A program made the translations under genes and the position numbers. A stretch of DNA of 64,000 bases. It comes from Cetorhinus maximus. Its lineage: Eukaryota. The stretch lies in contig NC_135905.1 of assembly GCF_964194155.1 (NCBI RefSeq), forward strand, positions 28,830,001 through 28,894,000, in the 5' to 3' direction. The notes below the pieces were generated by a model, which had not been told where the DNA came from, ran no database searches, and was given only the letters and a program-made list of their open reading frames with translations. Positions 13,746 through 26,792 of this stretch are shown piece after piece; position 1 is the first letter of the stretch, and each line of letters opens with the position of its first letter.

Positions 13746-14322
13746 CATTTGAGAGATCAAAAAGATTGTGTAAAGTCATGCCAATAAACACAGCCATTCC
13801 ACTTCTGCGAACATAGATTTATAACTAACTTAATCCTCAAATCTGAGATGTATTTTAAAAATTAGCAAAATGCCTGATTTTTCAACTAGGAGGGCATTTA
13901 AGAAAAACGACCCAAAAAAAAAGCTCCGTGAATGTGTAACGTGCTATGGCATGTTCAAGGCACAGTTAGACAGATTTTTGATAGACAAGGGAGTCAAGGG
14001 TTATGGGGAGCAGACAGAAGAGTGGAGTTGAGGTCACAACCAGGTCTGCCGTAGTCTTACTGAATGATGGAACAGGCTTGAAGGGCCAAATGGCCTACTC
14101 CTGCTCCTAAATCCTACATTCCTATAAACTCAGTGAGGTTGCAACTTGAATGGAAAAAAACTGATGGGATAGGGGTGGGGGAGAAAAAACACACAAAATA
14201 AATTCCACAATGAAAGGAGGTGAATTAGTTAAAAGCCAAGTTATTTTGTGCTATCTACTGTTATGGCACAGCCAATGGTAAATGCTGAGTTGTTCAAATC
14301 CCAGGGGGAAACTTGAAACAAC

Positions 14323-15101
14323 TATCACAACTAATTTTGCCAATTTGTAAGTTTTGAGATGTGGGCTTTGAATTCAGTAGTAATAAGACCACCGAGTCTT
14401 ATAGGTTTTTTTTTTACAAAACTAGATTAAATATTTATAAACAAGAAAAATGATTTTAAGCACATACATATGTCTACAAATTATTACGATAACGTCTAAA
14501 TCCCCTAATTAATCTAATTTCCAGTTACACTTTCATTAAGGCAACAGTAAGGCACACAGATTTTAAAAGACCCAGGCAAAGAAACACGATACCCTGAACA
14601 ATCCAATTCAAAGTGAGTTTTCTTAACTTCAGTTCGTTGTAGACAGCAGCTTGAGGCATAGATGCTTAAGGCTTTTCACATACACACAGCCTTCGCTCCT
14701 TTATACATATTTTCCCCTTTGAATGCAAATTCCCATTGTTTCACTATGTCTCTGGACTTTATTTTTGTGATAATAAAAATCTCTTAGTACTAATTTTACC
14801 AGTAATCTTTGGGAAAAATAAACACTGTTTCTGAACTTCACCTGGCTAAGTGACACATTTCGCCCCTCCTTTGAAAACAATCTAATCTAGTTTATTTAAA
14901 AATGCCCTTTTACACCTTACATTCTAAACTTCCCCCATATTTACCTACTTAACATTTCAAACCTAGCTCATCTTCTAATACATCAAAGCCTTTAGACCAG
15001 CTGCCTTTAATCCAATTAAGTCTCTCTCTCACACACACACACATATAGACACAGATACCACTATTTTACAATAAATTCCAATAACATTAGATCTTCCTGA
15101 C
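14323..15101 (-). mobile_element. Probable solo LTR
   Basis: Ends ...CCTGACA and begins TATCAC (degenerate TGTCA). Near-TSD CAAC/CTAC. Composition and layout resemble the other solo LTRs in the window. Confidence 0.4.
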
Positions 15102-16654
15102 ACTACCTAGCCAGGAAAAGAGCTTTTGTCGACAATGCTCTAACTGGACCCTTCACACATTTCTACATTCAATTTTGCAGTTCAGCTTGTGGGTCTCCTC
15201 GGTCAGTACGTCAGCCCCCCACAATGCTGAAACTGACTCACTTATTCCAACAGCGGAACTGTTGACCCAGGAAACTTGGATCTCTCTGCTGTCGGAGCAG
15301 CATTTTCTTTCTTAAAAGTGCAGTCTCAAAGCATTTAAAACTTAACAGCAGGGAGTGGGGCTCTGTACCCACTGCTCTGCAGAGATTTCCATTAATTTCT
15401 TCAATATTCTGGTGGTTCTTTGGTTCCCTGTTTAAATGAGCTGATTTTATTTTCAAAATAAAATGAACAATATTCAGAATCAATTTAGCCATTCGTATTC
15501 CACAACAGCGATTACTGGTTTTAAATTATATAATTCCAGCACATAATACAGACATGCTCCATTACTTAAGTTGTCTTAAACAGACTAGATGAGCCTTTAT
15601 GTGCATAATCAATCCCATCATGTTTTAATTTCTATGCAACAATGCTAACTATAAGGGGAAACAAGAAATATAAAGCAGCCCTAAATCATTGGAGACAAAC
15701 TGGGGGAGGATAGCTTGCAAATTTAGACCCAGCTCCTTTTTAAATGAGGGTTTTTAATCCCTGAGAAGCTAAATTAAATTCACAAAAATAAGCAGTGATG
15801 CAACGTGGCTCGTCTCCATTTGTGGGGGGCAGAAGTTCAACAACTCTCAAAATCTGAAGATGACAGAAAGCAGCCTTTCCTAATGCTGCAGATGTGTGAA
15901 GTGACATCGCTGTATGCAGCCAAGCCCAAATGGGCTGTGTGGGAAACGTGCAGTTTTTAACATCGCCCAGGGTCAGAAGGCGTGAACAGCACTTGAGGGG
16001 GGAAAAAGTTGCCACGTACTCTACCTCCTCCAAAAACACCCCCCTCCCCCCAACACCAGAACCCAGAATAGAACCTTGGAGAAACTCCTTCAAACCCAAA
16101 AAAAGAAAGTAGGTAACCGTTACACAGCATGCCACTGTTAGTATAATGTTGCAACATAAAAATGTTAAATTTACAATGTAATTTACATTAAATGCAAGAG
16201 CAAAATACAATAAACCTAACAAGCAGTTGAATACTTTTTCCCTGTCGTAATGATATGGTGGAAAAGTTTGCAAACTACCCCCCCAATAACCAAGAAAAAT
16301 AGTTCCCTGAAAATGCTAAGGCTGAGCTTACTAGCTAAGCGCGCTGCTGGAAGAAGCAAACTTTCCCCCCCCCCCTTGAGTAGCTAGAAGTTAGAATTTG
16401 ACATTTGGGGCGAAGTCGCGACGACACGCGATGGTGGGGGACCGGGAGTTCGAAGTGTAACTTCTTTGCGATCGCCAAACTATACAAAAACAGTTTTATA
16501 AATGTTAAAAAAAATTCTACTGACGTTGTTCCGAGAGGGAACAAACTCAACGACACGACGAGGGAACCCCCGGCTGCTCAGCTACACCCCGAATTAGTGA
16601 TTAAATAGTGACTAGAGCAAGGAGGGGCCGGAGAGAGGGTTTTGCGAGGTTTAC

Positions 16655-16852
16655 CTGCTTTAAGCGGTAGGTAGGTTGCTGTTTGGAGAGGGTACCGTGG
16701 GTGCGAGAGGCGAGCCAGGACACAACACTCACTAGTAGCTCACACACAGCCTCTTCTGCATCAGCCTGTGGGAGGGAGCTACTCACTCAGTCCAGCTATT
16801 AACCCTTTCACATGCTTTCCAATTTCCAAGAGAGGGAGGAGAATATTTTATA
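16655..16852 (-). promoter_or_regulatory. Probable promoter and non-coding first exon of a minus-strand gene (identity unproven; P4HA1 expected from synteny)
   Basis: Minus-strand TATAAAA at 16846-16852, donor AAGCAG|GTAAAC at 16655, and CpG-rich non-repeat sequence at ~16330-16750. Confidence 0.45.
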
Positions 16853-16949
16853 TGGGTAAGTGATGTGTTGTTCACAAGAATAAAAATAGAAAATGTTGGA
16901 AATACTCAGCAGGTCTGGCAGCACATCTATGGAGAGAGAGAAACAGAGT

Positions 16950-17869
16950 GGCCCAGATTTTCATCCCCTGGTCCGGAGGCGCAGAGTCAGTTGATTTTCC
17001 GGCACAGTGTTTTTGGTCTGGGGTGCGGACTGAAATTAGGAGTCTTGGCGGGCGACCCCGGAACAAATCTGCAGGCAGGCAGGTGGGCTGGGTGTAAAGC
17101 CGGCCTCTGTGCCCCAGCACGAGGTTTAAATAAAAAGAAACGAAAAAACATTCCTCCAGACATACTCCCTGTGCTCCATCCATGCCAATCTATGACCCCC
17201 CCCCGCCATGGCCCTCACACCCCCAAACCAACTTAATGCCCCTCTAACCACCCCATTGCCAACTTCATGCCCTCACCATCCGTTACCCTAACACCCTCCA
17301 TGCCAACTCACCTAGTATCTTTGGACAGTTCCTTGACAGCTTTGATACTCCCCAGATAGCTTTGACAGATTTGACTGGTTTGACACTTCCTGGATAGCTC
17401 CTTAACATCTCCTGAAAACTGGACATCTCCTGGACAGCTGGGCACCTCTTTTACAGCTTGACATTTCTAATGAGTTTGTGTGTAAAATGTACATAATCAT
17501 GTTCAGTTTTAACAATCCCAAAGGGTGCCTCATCTCTCCCAACGGTGTCCCAGAACCCTATCCAAAGGGGTAGCTTACCTCTCCAAAGGGACACCCTGGC
17601 TTTCCATAAGAATCCACCAAGTTCAGACCTCCTCTTACCTGTTCTAATCTGCACACTCTGGATTCCACACTCCTGTTCTTCCAAAATCCCAATCCCGTGG
17701 AGACAGCTTGTAACTTAAATGGCCAGCTGCCTCCACGAATTGCACGTGTGAGCCCTGGTTAACTCCAGTCCCACCCCCGCAAAGATGGGAACGGCTGGGT
17801 TCGGGGGCGGGACCTAGAAATTTTGGCCATTTCCAGGATTTTCGCTCTGACATGGCGAAAATCCAGGCC
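16950..17869. mobile_element. Harbinger-type MITE nested in a Penelope-derived hairpin (16875-18015)
   Basis: TIRs GGCCCAGATTTT ... AAAATCCAGGCC. The flanks rejoin as ...GAGAAACAGAGT / TAATGTTTCAGGTCG of the Penelope arm. Confidence 0.65.
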
Positions 17870-18249
17870 AGGATTAATGTTTCAGGTCGTTCACTCATCA
17901 TCAGAACTGAACCATTAACTTCATTTTTCTCTCCACAGCTGCTGCCAAACCTGCTGGGTATTTCCACTATTTTCCATTTTTAATTTCAGATTTCAGCATC
18001 CGTAGTATTTTTCCCCAAATACTTTTGCCGCAATTTGAACTGATTCCTATAAGTCACAAATGGGATGCTCGTGTGTGAATCCTATGTTTGTAGAGGTCCT
18101 TTGACAAGTTGATGGGATGTCAGAGTTGGAATAACAATCTGATCTGGTCAGGCAAGCCTGTTATATTTCCCTTCTGAATTATTGTATGGGTACGTGCTAG
18201 GTAATTTTAAAAAGGTGATGAAAATAGATTTCCTGGGACTCAAATGAAC

Positions 18250-18578
18250 ATTAAAAATAGGAGCAGTAGACCATGCGGCTCTTCGAACCTGGTGCACCAT
18301 TCAATAAGATGATGGCTGATCTTGGGCTTCAACTCCATTTTCCTGCCCACTCCCCATATCCCTTAATTCCTTGAGACACCAAAACTCTGTCTATCCCAGC
18401 CTTAAATGTATTGGACAGAGGAGCATCCACAACTCTCTGGGGTAAAGAATTCCAAAGATTCAATACCCTTTGAGTGAAGAAATGTCTCCTCATCTCAGTC
18501 CTAAATGATTGGCTCCTTATCCTGAGACGCTGTCCCCATGTTTTAAATTCCTCAACTAGTGGAAACAATCTCTCAAAT
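18250..18578 (-). mobile_element. CR1 LINE 3' fragment
   Basis: ORF 18583-18329 LRIRSQSFRTEMRRHFFTQRVLNLWNSLPQRVVDA is the typical CR1 ORF2 C-terminus, followed by a CR1 3' UTR. Confidence 0.85.
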
Positions 18579-20964
18579 GGCACGAAGCTTGGCTCAGCTG
18601 GTTGCCTTCTTCCCTCTGAGCCAGACAGCAGCTGGGGATTCTGGTTTTTTAAAAAAATATATGCAGCAGAAAGTAGGTTAAAAACAACAGGCAGGCCTAC
18701 CGAGAGATATTTAAAAATATGTATTAATGAGAATCAAGAAATAGCAAAGGAATTCAATTAAATATTCAGTCTTCATAAATTAATCTGTAAACAAATTTTA
18801 GTTCAAGAATCTGCGGCATACCTAAACATCAGTATTGCACATGTAATGAAAGAGTTAAATCAACACACTGCACAAGGAACAGACAGAATATTCCAGAATC
18901 CTTCAGGAAATCACAAAGGAAGCAGACGAGGTCTGCTTAAGGTCTGGCAAATATTTTTAAGAAGTACATCAAAAACTCAAAAAATGGAAGATAGATGGAT
19001 GTTACGCCAATATTCATAAGAACAAATGAAGCATATAGTTAATTCTAGCCCAACACCAAAATAGGAAAAATGTTCAAAAGTTTTAATGGAGTGCTCTCAA
19101 TTTAAATCTAAGGAGCAAAAGGAATCAATGCAGACTTAGAAGCAACAGGCTATGTATGACATAATTTGTTAATTCTTTCCAAAGGTAATTTAAGTTAATA
19201 AACTGGGAATATTATTTTAGGTTTTCAGAAGGTAGTAAGATTCTTAAAATGAGCTTCTAAAACTTTCAAAGCTTCTGGAATCAATGGAAAATTCAGCTGG
19301 TAACTGGCTTTAAATAGAAAGCAGAAGGTGGTGATAAACAGAAAACAAAACTCTGAGGACCAGTCCAGTTCCACTAGGTACTGTGCTTTTCACAGGGCAT
19401 TGTTCTGGGCACAGAGCTATTCACTTCTATACTATTTAATATATTGGAAACAAGTGTACTGCACACATAGTTATTTCAGATGTTATCTGGTATTATTGAC
19501 TCAAAACCATTAAAATGCTGGATGATTCTTATCTGAAACCCGAAATTGAAAAGCACATTCCCAATTGAGAATTTCTCTGAGCAAACAACAATCCAACCCA
19601 GAGTGGTCTGCACCAGGGATTATTCAACAATCACCTGACTTACTGTGAGCAATGCCAAAGGCGGTCCTGGTAGTTATGGAAAGCAGGGGAAAGACGGGGG
19701 CTTCTTGGAAGATTATAAGGTTATGTGACTAAGTAACCCAGTATTAAATAGGCGGACACAGGTCACACAAAGACCCCCAAATTAATGGGCTAAGGAATGG
19801 TGGACAGACTTTATGTACTACGTGAGTGCATGTACTATTTATCATGGGCCGATGGAGCATTGGATTGGATTGGATGGAGCATTTTGGGGAATGGGGCACC
19901 TTAACCTCGAGTTACTATTAGTAAGTCAGGTACAACAAAACATTCTGTATCCTGGAGTACCCATTAGGCATGGAAGCTTCCAGCTATGAGTCATGTATTT
20001 TTAAAATTAATTCACAGGATCTGGGCATTGCTGTCAAGGCCAGTATTTATCATTCATTCCTAATTGTCTTTCAGATGGTGGTGGTGATACAGATTGATGG
20101 TGAGAGAGATTGGGTCAAGCATTTTAGAGCACTGGGCATCTTGACCTCAAATTAAAATGGTTAATTAAATACAACTAAAATTTTGCATCACGTGCAGTGC
20201 CCATTAGTCACGGGCAGCTTCCAGTTAGCTAGTAGGAATCATGTACCAGTATTTCTTTACCTGGGCACACACCAGAGATCAAAACTATAATAAGCAACAA
20301 CTTGTACTTGTACAGCACTTTTTAAGGCTTAAGATCTTTCAAAGCATTTCACATGACTGTTATCAGACAAAAACTGACACCGAGCCAAAGGAGACATCAT
20401 GTGACCAAAACGTGGGTCAGATAAATTATAAGGAGTGTCTTAAAGGAGAGGCAGCAAGGTTTAGGGAGCAATTTCCAGCGTTTAGGGTCGAGACAGCAGA
20501 CGGACTGGTGAAGAAATATGGGCTACACGAGAGGGCAGGATTGGACCAGCGCAGTGTTCTGAGTGTTGTAGAGCTGGAGGAAGCTCCAGGGATGGGAGGA
20601 GGTGCAGCATGAAGGGATTTAAACAGCAGAAATAAATTTTGGCCAGGTCATTGGGTGAACTTCACTTCCCTTCGTCCAATAGTACCATGAGATCTTTTAT
20701 GGCCACATTAGAGGTGAACAGGGTCACATTTGAAAGATGGCATTTCCAGCATCGCAGCGCTCAATCCAGGCTGACATCTCAGTGCAGTTTTTGGAGTAGT
20801 GTTTAAACCCAAAGACCTCTGGTTCTGACGAATGGGAGACAGCAATAAGCCAAAAGAATCAAGGCTGTTATTGAAGAGCTGAAATGCCTCAGGGTGTTCC
20901 ACATTACTAATTACTTTCTATGGTACACCAGAGGAACTGGGAGGGGAAAGAAAGGAGGAATTAA

Positions 20965-21346
<382 letters not shown>

Positions 21347-21569
21347 GCTAAAAGAACCCATTCCCGCCCCTCCCCGCCCTGCCAAAAAATATAATTGCTA
21401 TTGTGGCACAGGGTTAGTATGTTAGCATCATCAAGCAGCAAACATAAGAAAAAGCCAGCAATCCTCACCCTATCCATGCTACACTCCCCGAACTAATAAT
21501 CATTAAAACTAATTTATGGGGAGGCAAAAAAAAAACACAATCCGTGGCCAGAAAATCTCTGGAAAATAC

Positions 21570-22803
21570 CTCAACTCCCTAAGGCAACTGTGATAGGGCC
21601 CTCAACTATGTCCGGCCCATCTCCCGCGCATCCGCCCTCACACCTTCCTCTCCCTCCCAGAACCATGATAGGTTCCCCCTTGTCCTCACTTATCACCCCA
21701 CCAGCCTCCGCATTCAAAGGATCATCTTCCGCCATTTCCGCCAAATCCAGCATGATGCCACCACCAAACACATCTTCCCTTCACCCCCCCGGCAGCATTC
21801 CGCAGGGATCGTTCCCTCCGGGACACCCTGGTCCACTCCTCCATCACCCCCTATACCTCAACCCTCTCCCACGGCACCTTCCCATGCAACTGCAGAAGAT
21901 GCAACACCTGCCCCTTTACTTCCCCTCTCCTCACCGTCCAAGGGCCCAAACACTCCTTTCAAGTGAAGCAGCATTTCACTTGCACTTCCCTCAATTTAGT
22001 CTACTGCATTCGCTGCTCCCAATGCGGTTTCCTCTACATTGGAGAGACCAAATGCAGAATGGGTGACCGCTTTGCAGAACAACTTCGGTCTGTCCGCAAG
22101 CATGACCCAGATCTCCCTGTCGCTTGCCATTTCAACACTCCACCCTGCTCTCATGCCCACATGTCCGTCCTTGGCCTGCTGCATTGTTCCACTGAAGCTC
22201 AACGCAAACTGGAGGAACAGCACCTCATCTTCCGACTAGGCACTTTACAGCCTTCCGAACTGAATATTGAGTTCAACAATTTTTATCACATGAACTCTCT
22301 CTCCATCCCCACTCCCTTTCCGATCCCCCTTTTTTCCAATAATATATATAGAATTTTCTTTTCCCACCTATTTCCATTATTTTTAAATGTACTTCCATCC
22401 ATTGTTTTATCTCTACCTTTTAGCCTATTTTGATCCCTTCCCCCCACCCCACCCCCACTAGGGCTATCTGTATCTTGCTCGTCCTGCTTTCTACCCTTAA
22501 TGTCACCTATTAGCACATTCCTTAGATAATATCACCACCTTCAACACCTCTTTGTCCCTTTGTCTATGACATCTTTTGGCAATCTCCATCTATCACTGGC
22601 CCTCTATCCAGCTCTACCTGTCCCACCCACCCCCCTTAAACCAGCTTATATTTCACCTCTTTCCTTAGTTCTGTTGAAGAGTCATACGGACTCGAAACGT
22701 TAACTGTGTTCCTCTCCGCAGATGCTGTCAGACCTGCTGAGTTTTTCCAGGTATTTTTATTTTTGTTTTGGATTTCCAGCATCCGCAGTTTTTTGCTTTT
22801 ATC
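21570..22803 (+). mobile_element. 5'-truncated Penelope-like retroelement (GIY-YIG endonuclease end plus pLTR with hammerhead motif)
   Basis: ORF from 21963: FTCTSLNLVYCIRCSQCGFLYIGETKCRMGDRFAEQLRSV...VACHFN...RKLEEQHLIFRLGTLQPSELNIEF, a Penelope GIY-YIG domain. The 3' end carries a hammerhead motif and the sequence shared with the dispersed hairpins. Confidence 0.9.
22667..22705 (+). ncRNA. Minimal type I hammerhead ribozyme motif in Penelope pLTR (core variant CUGUUGA; activity doubtful)
   Basis: AGTT-CTGTTGA-A-GAGTC(ATACG)GACTC-GAAA-CG-TT-AACT: helix I AGTT/AACT, 5-bp helix II, palindromic AACGTT in place of helix III. Confidence 0.7.
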
Positions 22804-22934
22804 TGAGCAAACTCCAGGTTGGCCATAACCCTCCACTAACAGATGCAACTAACCTCATGTGCCCTGAATATATTTACATGTAGATAGCCATCCCTCTGCT
22901 TCGATCCAGGCACAACATCATTATGCTTTATTCT

Positions 22935-23162
22935 AGTACAAATGCAAAATACCGCAGAGGTTGGAAATCTAAATAAAAATAGAAAATACTGGAAATACTC
23001 AGCAGGTCAGGCAGCATTAGAGGTCAAAGAAACAGAGTTAACATTTCGGGTTAGTATCAGAGTAGTTCTGATGAAAGGTCATCGACCTGCAACATTAACC
23101 CTGTTTCTCCCTCTGCAGATGCCGTCTGACCTGCTAAGCATTGCCACTGTTTTCCATTTTTC
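22935..23162. mobile_element. Penelope-derived hairpin with decayed hammerhead
   Basis: Inverted arms. AGTT-CTGATGA-A-AGGTC(ATC)GACCT-GCAA at 23064-23092 (GAAA mutated). Flanks TATGCTTTATTC / TATGCTCTTATTC resemble a TSD. Confidence 0.7.
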
Positions 23163-24261
23163 TATGCTCTTATTCAGGTTACCTCTGCCAATGTTCTGTT
23201 TCTGTCATTATCTCACTGCCACCTGTATTATTGCTCTGCCAAGACACAAAGGACATTTTTTTTTTATAGCAAAATCCATTATATTTTTCAAGAATGCTTC
23301 AGGGTTGGATTCATGGTGTAGCATAGCCACGCCAATGAAAGGGGCGAGTATGAAAGTCAGCCAAACTCTTTCAAACGGGAAACAAAAGTTTGGTCACGTA
23401 TCAGAATATGATGCAATGCAAGACCACAAAATATGCACTGTTTTAAATTAGAAAGATTACATTTCATTATATGGTGGGAGGCAAAAAATTAGAAGCTTTA
23501 GCATGCAACAAGCAAACAAGATTGGGAGGGTAGTGAACAGCATGAATAATTGGGTAGGGTACAGACAGAAATTCTATCTTCAAGGAAGTATTTCTAGCGC
23601 AAGCAGTCTCTTAGAATTGGAGCCTGTGAAACAATTACACAATCCACCAGATTTTGCTGCAGATCTTTACCTTGTTGTGTCACCTGTTAGAGAACTGCTT
23701 TATTAGGGTTCTCCTAACACTTTCACACCCTTTTTTTACTTCTTCTCACAGTGTCTTATATTAAACTCCCGAGCAAAGGATAGAACTAGAACCACGACAC
23801 ATTTTTATAAGCATTTATTTACAGAGATACAGATTACAAACATGCACCTCCTAACCCAACAACCACCTGTTTCAGTCTGTTCCTATTTATAAAAGCACAA
23901 GTGAATCTCCAGTTATGCCGACCACCTGTATACAATTAAGCACAATAAATATACAACTGGCATCTTATGCCAGTGACAAGCACAGCCTGAATATATGGCT
24001 GCAATTACAAGACCTTTTGGAAAGCTGTCAGCACTGTCATCAATGGAAATATGACAACTTAAATTAAACAAGTGTGTTATACAGAAAGGCACTCCTGGGG
24101 GTTTCATAGGGCACAAGGAAAAGCAAACACCAAGTCAGGGAAGGTAAAAAATACCGCAAAGGTTGCCGTTTTATATTTAAAAGTCCAGCCAATGATAGGA
24201 GAGCTGCAGATTCTCACCTGAAATCTCTGATAGAATTATCTCTCGGTACAATGATAAATTA

Positions 24262-24580
24262 TGGAGGTCTTGTAACACAGTAGGTAGCATCCCTGCCTCT
24301 AAGCCAGAAGCTCCAGGTTCAAGTCCCACCCCAGGACTTGATGGCCGAGGAAGGTGCATTTATAACGTGGCCAAACAGGTTGAGCATCATCCTGCAAATC
24401 CTTCCAACACACGCCAATGGCAGGCGGTAAGAGTGGGAGAGATTCCTGATCAGCCATGTGATGGAAAGGAATTGGAGCCTCTACCATCACTATTCATAGC
24501 TCCGGACTACAACAGGCATGCAGAAAGTACATGTTGCCACAGCAACCCTGGCTCCCTGAGTGAACTGTAACACACACCAC
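24262..24580 (+). mobile_element. tRNA-headed SINE, third family (second copy at 55707-55995)
   Basis: B-box GGTTCAAGTCC. The body GGACTTGATGGCCGAGGAAGGTGCAT...AATCCTTCCAACACACGCCA...GATGGAAAGGAATTGGAGCCTCT is repeated at 55.7-56.0 kb. Confidence 0.7.
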
Positions 24581-24774
24581 ATTATGATAAATGGCAAGGA
24601 AAAGTTGCAAAGCAAATGGGCTCGACACTAAATCCGACCTCCCAACCCATCAGTGATCACCCATTTAGGATTCTGGACCTCTTACTCTCTCATCTTGCAT
24701 CCTTGTTAGTAGTGATCATGAGCCCTAAACCCTAACCACACCTTTAACACCTTACCACTGAGTAAAATGGATTT

Positions 24775-25872
24775 TTTTTTTATTCTTTCACAAGATGTGG
24801 CTAGGCCAGCATTTTTATTGCCCATCCCTAATGCCCTTGAGAAGGCGCCTTCTTGAACCACTGCAGTCCATGTGGTGAAATACACCCACAGTGCTGTTAG
24901 GGAGGGCAACAGTGAAGGAGCGGCGATATATTTCCAGGTCAGGATGGTGATTGACATGGAGGGAATTTGCAGGGGGTGGTGGTGTTCCCATGCTTCTGCT
25001 GCCCTCGTCCTTCTAGGTGGTAGAGGTCGTGGGTTTGGAAGGTGCTGTCGAAGGAGCCTTGGTGAGTTGCTGCAGCACATCTTGTAGATGGTACACGCGG
25101 CTGCCACTGTGCATCAGTGGTGAATGGGGTGCCAATCAAGCAGGCTGCTTTGTCCTGGATTGTGTCGAGCTTCTTGAATGTTGTTGGAACTGCACTCATC
25201 CAGGCAAGTGGAGAGTATTCCATCACAGTCCTGACTTGTACCTTGTTGATGGTGGACAGGCTTTGGGGAATCAGGAAATGAGTTACTCTCTGCAGAATTC
25301 TGACCTGCTCTTGTAACCACAGTATTATATGGTTGGTCCAGTTCAGTTTCTGGTCAATGGCAGCCCCCTTGATGTTGATAGTAGGGGATTCAGTGATGTT
25401 AATGCCATTGAATGTCAAGGGGAGAAGGTTGGATTTTCCCTTGTTGAAGATGGTCATTGTCTGGCACTTGTGTGGCATAAATGTTATTTTGCCACTTATG
25501 AGCTCAAACCGGAATGTTGTCCAGGTCTTGCTGCATATAGGCACGGACTGCTTCAGTATCTGAGGAGTTGCGAATGGTGCTGAACATTGTGCAATCTTCA
25601 GCGAACATCCCCACTTCTGACCTTATAATGGAGATGGTGATTGATGAAGCAGCTGAAGATGATTGGCCCTAGGACACTACCCTGAGGAACTACTGCATGA
25701 TGTTCTGGGACTGAGATGATTGACCCCCGACAACCAGAACCATTTGTGCTAGGTATCACTCAGTGGATAGTTTTTCCCTGATTTCCATTGACTCTTAATT
25801 TTGCTCGGGCTCCTTGATGCCACACTTGGTCAAATGCTCTCTTGATGTAAAGGGTAGTCATTCACCTCACCT
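24775..25872 (-). mobile_element. CR1-clade LINE 3' fragment, frameshifted
   Basis: ORFs contain TFMPHKCQTMTI...IDQKLNWTNHI...KVQVRTVMEYSPLAWMSA..LDTIQDKAACLIG, the C-terminal part of CR1 ORF2. Confidence 0.85.
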
Positions 25873-25874
25873 GC

Positions 25875-26270
25875 GTATATGCTCTGGAGTTTAGAAGATT
25901 GAGTGGTGAACTCTGAACTAAAAATTCTTCAGAGGGCTTGACAGGGTTAATGCTGAGAAGTTATTTCCCCTAGCCGGAGAGTCTAGACCAAGTGGTCAGA
26001 TCAGGATGAGGGGTCAGCCATTTAGAACTGATATGGGGAGAATTCTTTTCACTCGGAGAGTTGTGAAACTTTTAGAATCCTCAGAAGGTTGTGCATGCTC
26101 AGTCCTAAATGATCTCAAGGCTGAGACTGATAGAATTCTGGGCACTAAGGGAGTTAAGAGGTAGGGTGAGAAAGTGGAATTAATGCAAAATTTCAACTAA
26201 GATCTTACTGAATGGCAGAGCAGGCTCGAGGGGCCAAAGGTCCACTCCTGCTCCTATTTCTTATGTTCTT
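25875..26270 (+). mobile_element. CR1 LINE 3' fragment
   Basis: TATGCTCTGGAGTTTAGAAGATTGAG...TTTAGAACTGATATGGGGAGAATTCTTTTCACTCGGAGAGTTGTG...GAATGGCAGAGCAGGCTCGAGGGGCC...CTCCTATTTCTTATGTTCTTA. Confidence 0.75.
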
Positions 26271-26792
26271 ACTCTCTCTCCCAACTTTGCCATTGGATCT
26301 TTCACTTGATAGGTCCCCTCTTTGTGCAGGGGGGGCGATTACTGAGTTGGCAAACAGCACAGTTAAAAAATTTTTACACACAGTGATAATGTTACACAAA
26401 TATACATTAACGCCAAGTGCCTGGAACAAACTAAAGAACGTAAGTTAGCCCAGTGCTCAGAAACAAGATAATAGGATTGTTTTGGTAAGGGAACTTGCAT
26501 GTCACCGACAGTGGTGACAAAATCTGACACCTATGGGGTATTTAATGTTTAGTCATAGTTTACGGCAACATAGGGAGGTCATCCTCACAACTGATTTCAA
26601 ATTCTTAAGTGGCAGTATAATTCTGATCTTCTGTAGTTCATCTCTATGGCAGGATAGGTGTCGAATATGCTGCACCGTGTCTGTTGGTCTGGCACACTGG
26701 GTGTGCAAACAGAGGGATGCAGAACCTGATTTGAAATTGGAAAAATCAGAATGAAGAATTGAGAGGATAAATTTCTCAAAACTGAATGAGAA

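Noticed and set aside
15740-16273. 177-aa minus-strand ORF
   Set aside because: Non-ATG start, T-rich composition and no homology I recognise; probably intronic.
22942-23451. 169-aa plus-strand ORF
   Set aside because: It begins inside a Penelope hairpin and reads into unrelated sequence.
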